A program made the position numbers and the translations under genes. From Candidatus Stammera capleta (GTDB lineage Bacteria > Pseudomonadota > Gammaproteobacteria > Enterobacterales > Enterobacteriaceae): DNA of 64,000 nucleotides. Shown here one piece after another: positions 63,744-64,000 of this stretch (the first letter of the stretch is position 1; the number at the start of each line of letters is the position of its first letter). The DNA lies in assembly GCA_036884345.1 (NCBI GenBank), contig CP145602.1:35394-99393 (forward strand), in the 5' to 3' direction. A model generated the notes under the pieces. The model had not been told where the DNA came from. It searched no databases and worked only from the letters and a program-made list of their open reading frames with translations.

Positions 63744-64000
63744 ATGTTTAAAAAATTTTCTGTTGCTCCTTTGTATAAATATACAGATAGACATTGTAGA
63801 TATTTTTATAGTCTTTTAAGTAACAATATAAAATTGTATACAGGTATGATATATACATCTTCTTTTTTATATAAATATAAAATTAATCGATTATTTTTAA
63901 ATGATATTAAAAATGTTCCTGTGGTAATACAATTTATAGGTAATAATAGTTATGATTTATATAAATCTGCTAAATTAGTTAGAAAATTAAATTTTTCTGA
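63744..64000 (+). CDS. dusA: tRNA-dihydrouridine synthase A, N-terminal part (3' end outside window)
   Basis: [36 protein letters not shown] resembles E. coli [33 protein letters not shown]. Confidence 0.85.
   Translation, partial: [85 protein letters not shown]

Overview
This window is an extremely AT-rich (by eye about 15% G+C, not computed), gene-dense piece of a highly reduced bacterial genome. It most likely comes from an obligate insect-type endosymbiont descended from Enterobacterales-like Gammaproteobacteria. The gene order matches E. coli blocks: amiB-mutL-miaA-[hfq lost]-hflX; cysT-leuZ; the str-S10-spc-alpha ribosomal operons; mrdA-mrdB-[rlpA lost]-dacA; rpsT/ileS/dnaKJ; speB-speA/metK; rlmN-rodZ-[ispG lost]-hisS-[bamB lost]-der; cysS/folD/argU; clpP-clpX-lon; infA..trxB..serS.

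The supplied ORF track fragments most genes because it uses the standard code. In-frame TGA sits on conserved Trp positions in more than 40 genes, and every gene I could close ends in TAA or TAG. I therefore annotated with TGA=Trp (table-4-like). On that basis the window holds 71 apparently intact protein genes (2 cut by the window edges), 3 tRNAs (none encoding CCA) and RNase P RNA.

I see no rRNA, CRISPR, transposase, phage, toxin-antitoxin or defence genes, and no unexplained ORF-sized space. I do not find a novel multi-gene accessory system here. The points worth a second look are:
- the genetic-code change and its side effects, including a fossil UGA stop at rplP;
- extreme compaction: all 8 convergent gene junctions overlap or lie within 4 nt, and there are chimeric super-operons;
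- A/T homopolymers of 15-20 nt inside essential genes;
- a retained peptidoglycan-elongation module with a truncated RodZ and a DedA-family protein.

Gene ends that I extended through TGA were derived by hand and may be off by a codon. The organism cannot be named from sequence alone.
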